Origin: an uncultured Collinsella sp.
GTDB taxonomy: Bacteria > Actinomycetota > Coriobacteriia > Coriobacteriales > Coriobacteriaceae
DNA: 48,717 nucleotides
Reading direction: 5' to 3'
Assembly: GCA_900544385.1 (NCBI GenBank)
Contig: UQVD01000001.1
Span: forward strand, 1-48,717
Part shown: piece after piece, positions 46,816 through 48,717 of the stretch
How the letters are laid out: the number at the start of each line of letters is the position of its first letter
How positions within the stretch are numbered: the first letter of the stretch is position 1
Translations under genes and position numbers: made by a program
Notes under the pieces: model-generated
Databases searched by the model: none
What the model was told of the DNA's origin: nothing
Seen by the model: only the letters and a program-made list of their open reading frames with translations

Positions 46816-47565
46816 TTAAGAGCGGGCGGCTCCGTCGACGGGGAGCACGGCGCCCGTGACATAGGAGGACATGTCGCTCGCTAGGAAAACGAAGGCGTTG
46901 GCGACGTCCTCGGGCTCACCCATGCGGCCGAGAGGGATAGTGGCGATGATGGGTTTGATGACCTCTTCGGGCAGGTTGGCGACCATGTCAGTCTTAGTCA
47001 CGCCAGGGGCAACGGCGTTGACGCGAATACCCATAGGGGCGAGCTCGCGCGAGAGTGACTGGACCATACCGTTGACGGCAAACTTGGACGTGGGGTAACC
47101 GACGCCGGAGGGCTGGCCGTACTTGGCGACCATCGAGCTTGTGGTAGTGATGGTGCCGCCGTGGCCGGCCTCGGTCATGATCTTGGCGGCAGCCTGGTGG
47201 CCATTAAAGACGGCGACGACGTTAAGGTCCATGACCTTTGCGAACTCCTCGGCCGTGTAGTCCAAGAGGGGTGAACGCTGGGAGATACCGGCATTGTTGA
47301 CGACCGTGTCCAAGCCGCCCATGTCGGATGCAGCCTGGGTAAAGGCCTCGGTCACGGCTTCGAGTGAGGTGAGGTCGCAGGAGCGGCCCCAGACCTTGGC
47401 GTCGGGATAGGCGGCTGTCAGCTTCTCAACGGCCGCATCGGCGGTCTCTTGACGCGAGCCAAAGACAGTGACGGAGGCGCCCTCCTCGATAAAACGGCAG
47501 GCGATGGCATAGCCGATACCGCGCGTGCCTCCGGTGATGATTGCTTTCTTGCCCTCGAGCAACAT
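46816..47565 (-). CDS. SDR-family oxidoreductase, BaiA-like (possible hydroxysteroid dehydrogenase)
   Basis: TGGTRGIG, NNAG, SGVGYPTSK (YxxxK), APG..TDM, FLASD, VDGAAR; GAGAGG RBS before ATG 47565. Confidence 0.85.
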   Translation of the reverse strand: MLLEGKKAIITGGTRGIGYAIACRFIEEGASVTVFGSRQETADAAVEKLTAAYPDAKVWGRSCDLTSLEAVTEAFTQAASDMGGLDTVVNNAGISQRSPLLDYTAEEFAKVMDLNVVAVFNGHQAAAKIMTEAGHGGTITTTSSMVAKYGQPSGVGYPTSKFAVNGMVQSLSRELAPMGIRVNAVAPGVTKTDMVANLPEEVIKPIIATIPLGRMGEPEDVANAFVFLASDMSSYVTGAVLPVDGAARS

Positions 47566-47714
47566 GGTATTTCCTCTCATCGCGGGCGGACATTCGCAGC
47601 ACAGCGTAGCCGTAACCGGAATCGGCCGTGTTTGCATATCGGTGAACGGTAGCCCGCGTTACCGATGAGCGGCTCGCGCAAATGTGCCCTGTCGTTGTGC
47701 TTAGGGCAGGAGAC

Positions 47715-47748
47715 AAAAAGGCTCCCATCCCACATCGGACGGGAGCCC
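47715..47748 (-). terminator. Terminator after hom
   Basis: AAAAAGGCTCCC...GGGAGCC; U-tract on the minus strand. Confidence 0.55.
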
Positions 47749-47781
47749 TTCGAGCAAATGCGTTGTGGGGTGTAAACCGAA

Positions 47782-48668
47782 CTAGTTCGCCATGACGCCT
47801 TCGGTCCAAGCCTCAACGTCCTCGATGCGCAGGACGTTGGCGACCTCGGCCACACAGCCGACGCTGGCAAGCTCGGCTGCGGCAGCCTGGACGTCCTTCT
47901 CGAGCGCGCGATGCGTCAGGAAGATGACCGAGCAGGCATCGTTGACGCCCGACTTGCCGTCCTCGACCTGGTTGATGAGCGAGATCGAGATGTTGTGCTT
48001 GGCAAAGATGTCGACCGTCTCGGACAGGGCGCCCACGCGGTCGGCGACCTTCAGGCGCACATAATACTTGGTCTGGAGCTCGTCCATGGGCTTAAAGGCG
48101 AGGTTGTGACCATAGGGCTCAATCTCGGGCAGCGGAGCCACGCCGCGGCTGATCTGCTCGGAGAGCGACAGGATGTCGCCCACGACGGCGCTCGCGGTGG
48201 GGAAGGAGCCTGCGCCGGCACCGTAGAACATGGTCTCGCCCACGGCGTCGCCTACCACGTAGACAGCGTTCATGGCGCCGTTGACCTTGGCAAGCATGTG
48301 GTCGGCGGGGATCAGCGTGGGATGCACGCGGACGTCGACGCCGGCGTCGGTATTGCGGGCGATGCCGAGCAGCTTAATGGTGTAGCCGAGCTCGCGGGCC
48401 TGGGCGATGTCCTCGGCGCCGATGGTACGGATACCCTGCTGGTAGACATCGTCGGTGGTCACGCGGGTGCCAAAACCGATGGAGGCGAGGATTGCCGTCT
48501 TGCTGGCGGCATCGAAGCCGTCGACGTCGGCGGACGGGTCGGCCTCGGCATAGCCCTTTGCCTGGGCGTCGGCGAGCACGTCAGCGTAATCGGCGCCCTC
48601 GGCGTCCATGCGCGACAGGATGTAGTTGGTGGTGCCGTTAAGGATGCCGGCGATGGTCAGGATCTTGT
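47782..48668 (-). CDS. hom: Homoserine dehydrogenase with C-terminal ACT domain, 5'-truncated at the contig end
   Basis: AGILNGTTNYIL, AQAKGYAEADPSADVDGFDAASK, FYGAGAGSFPTASAV, DRVGAL. Confidence 0.95.
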
Positions 48669-48717
48669 CTGTCTCTTATACACATCTGACGCTGCCGACG
48701 ATATGCAGTGTGTAGAT
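48669..48717 (+). other. Illumina Nextera adapter (library artefact)
   Basis: CTGTCTCTTATACACATCT (Tn5 mosaic end) + GACGCTGCCGACGA + 8-nt index TATGCAGT + GTGTAGAT (start of P5 reverse complement). Confidence 0.98.

Noticed and set aside
48669..48687. Genuine Tn5/IS50 insertion in hom
   Set aside because: Followed directly by Illumina adapter, index and P5 sequence

Overview
High-GC chromosomal segment that looks like a gut Coriobacteriia (Collinsella-like; taxonomy is inference from gene content and style). Housekeeping and metabolic content: pdxS/pdxT with a divergent MocR-family regulator, rubrerythrin, ADH/ALDH pair, helicases, trmB, Elp3-type radical SAM/KAT, FAD oxidoreductase with EtfB/EtfA, AzlCD, KdgT, GGDEF protein, purL, cation:H+ antiporter, BaiA-like SDR, and a 5'-truncated hom. 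The most notable structure is: (1) three copies of an exactly 123-bp palindromic element, two of which bracket a DUF559/Vsr-like endonuclease gene as direct repeats and supply the stop codons of two genes; (2) an unannotated 27-aa hydrophobic ORF with an RBS-sequestering hairpin behind a consensus LexA box, followed by HIRAN, an unannotated 59-aa protein and a phosphoesterase; (3) a Shango-like TerB/DUF2791/helicase trio with an SOS-like box in its promoter; (4) a WxL/Csc-like cell-surface cluster with a miniature LPxTG-type protein; (5) an array of eight alternately inverted 15-bp motifs at an exact 31-bp period. The last 49 bp are Nextera adapter contamination. All family assignments come from motif recognition, not database searches.
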